The notes under the pieces are model-generated. The model saw nothing but the letters and a program-made list of their open reading frames with translations, searched no databases and was not told the origin of the DNA. A DNA stretch of 64,000 bases from Candidatus Bathyarchaeota archaeon. GTDB taxonomy: Archaea > Thermoproteota > Bathyarchaeia > Bathyarchaeales > Bathycorpusculaceae. Position numbers and translations under genes: made by a program. The stretch covers positions 64,001 to 128,000 of the forward strand of contig CAWABA010000006.1 of the NCBI GenBank assembly GCA_963780185.1, written 5' to 3'. Position 1 is the stretch's first letter. Each line of letters begins with the position of its first letter. This document shows positions 62,864 to 64,000 of this stretch, piece by piece.

Positions 62864-64000
62864 ATGGAAACTAAAATGAAGTTTCTCTCCAAACTCTCTT
62901 TCATAGGATGCATCATACTTTTGTGCGGAAGCTTTTCCCTTGCGTTTCCACAAACATTCCAAACTGCGCCAGCTTCAGCGCTGCATGTTTCTGGAAACCA
63001 GATACTTGACTCCAGCAACAAAGCCGTTGTTCTGCGTGGCATCGGGCGAACAGGCGACTTGCAGTCAGCATCGGGAATGTGGTCAACACAAGGCATGGCG
63101 GTGGCTGATTGGAGCCAAAAATGGAATCCTATAAGTGACAACATACCGCTGATGGATGCGACGTTTCGGTGTTACCAGCAGGTTTGGCATGTGAATATGG
63201 TTCGGATGCTGATTCCGGTGAACTGGTACTGGCAAAACAGCATTGTGCCCTCCATGCAGGACCCAACCTACTACCCCGACTTAACCACGCCCATCAGCTA
63301 CCAAACCTACATAGCTACCGTCGCGGCGCAAGCGGCAAAATACGGCATCTACGTAGACCTTTGCCCCTACGAGCTGGTCAGCAACTATCAGGACAGCAAC
63401 AGCGGCGGCGCACAAGGGCAACCGATGGGCAACTGGGATTCTCCCGCACAGAACTTCCTCGCCAGCACGGGGTTAACGGAGCCGCAGTTCTGGAGCCAAT
63501 TCTGGAGCTTGATGGCTAATAATTTGAAGGGCTACTCAAACGTGATTTTTGAAGCGTGGAATGAGCCGCAGAACTCGGGATATGACGCAGTTATCTTCAG
63601 GCTACATGAGTTACTTAACAACAATGTATGACGCAATTCGCACTGCGGGAGCGCAAAACCTGATTTTTATGCAGTGGGACGCAGGGTTGGTGCCGACATA
63701 CAACGACTTGAGCTGGGCTTCGCAGATAAGCAACGCATTACCCGACGCAGTGAACCTGGCTTTTACAACCCACGCTTACCGACATGGACCAAGCTTCAAC
63801 CTTGAATGGGGAACAAACGGCAGCGCAGTGGAGGAGCAGCTGCAAGTAGCCGTCCAAAGCATGGGCGTGACCGCGCCGTTGGTCATAAACGAGGCGGGCT
63901 CGTGCCTTTTTTCGGTGCCTTCCAGCGATCTTCAAGTCGAGTATAACTGGTGGAACGCACTAAACCAAGCTGCATCAACCTTAGGCATCGGCGTAACAGC
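62864..64000 (+). CDS. Secreted glycoside hydrolase family 5 (cellulase-like), frameshift near 63595, runs off the window
   Basis: LHVSGNQILDS...VVLRG, NVIFEAWNEP acid/base motif, then MYDAIRTAG, THAY and VINEAG in the next frame. Confidence 0.8.

Overview
Archaeal chromosomal segment. The gene repertoire (Snf7/ESCRT-III, tRNA-intron endonuclease, single-OB SSB, mch, archaeal pheS/pheT, glyS, uS12/uS7, REC-PAS kinases) fits Bathyarchaeia, but the taxonomy is inferred. Many genes, including essential ones, carry single-base frameshifts, which points to an error-prone assembly. Housekeeping blocks alternate with accessory islands: an SF1 helicase plus PD-(D/E)XK nuclease, a VapBC pair, a kinase-linked REC-deacetylase/ATP-grasp/GT2/PHP cluster, a Fic-HTH gene, small RHH/Zn-finger ORFs and a broken Avs-like STAND ATPase. 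The top candidate for a new system is at 25.5-28.5 kb. An unannotated 18-aa Trp-containing peptide gene (MSKKAIRAKGNIYWGGWG, with Shine-Dalgarno and oligo-T terminator) sits directly upstream of a divergent polyprenyl-synthase-fold enzyme lacking the IPP-binding motif, followed by an MFS transporter. This resembles an archaeal ComX/ComQ-like prenylated-peptide (RiPP or quorum-signal) cassette. Also notable are three COG1665-like nucleotidyltransferases beside CitG-like and mch genes, a dispersed ~150-bp repeat, a candidate hairpin sRNA and several operator-like palindromes. No CRISPR array, rRNA or tRNA was recognised.
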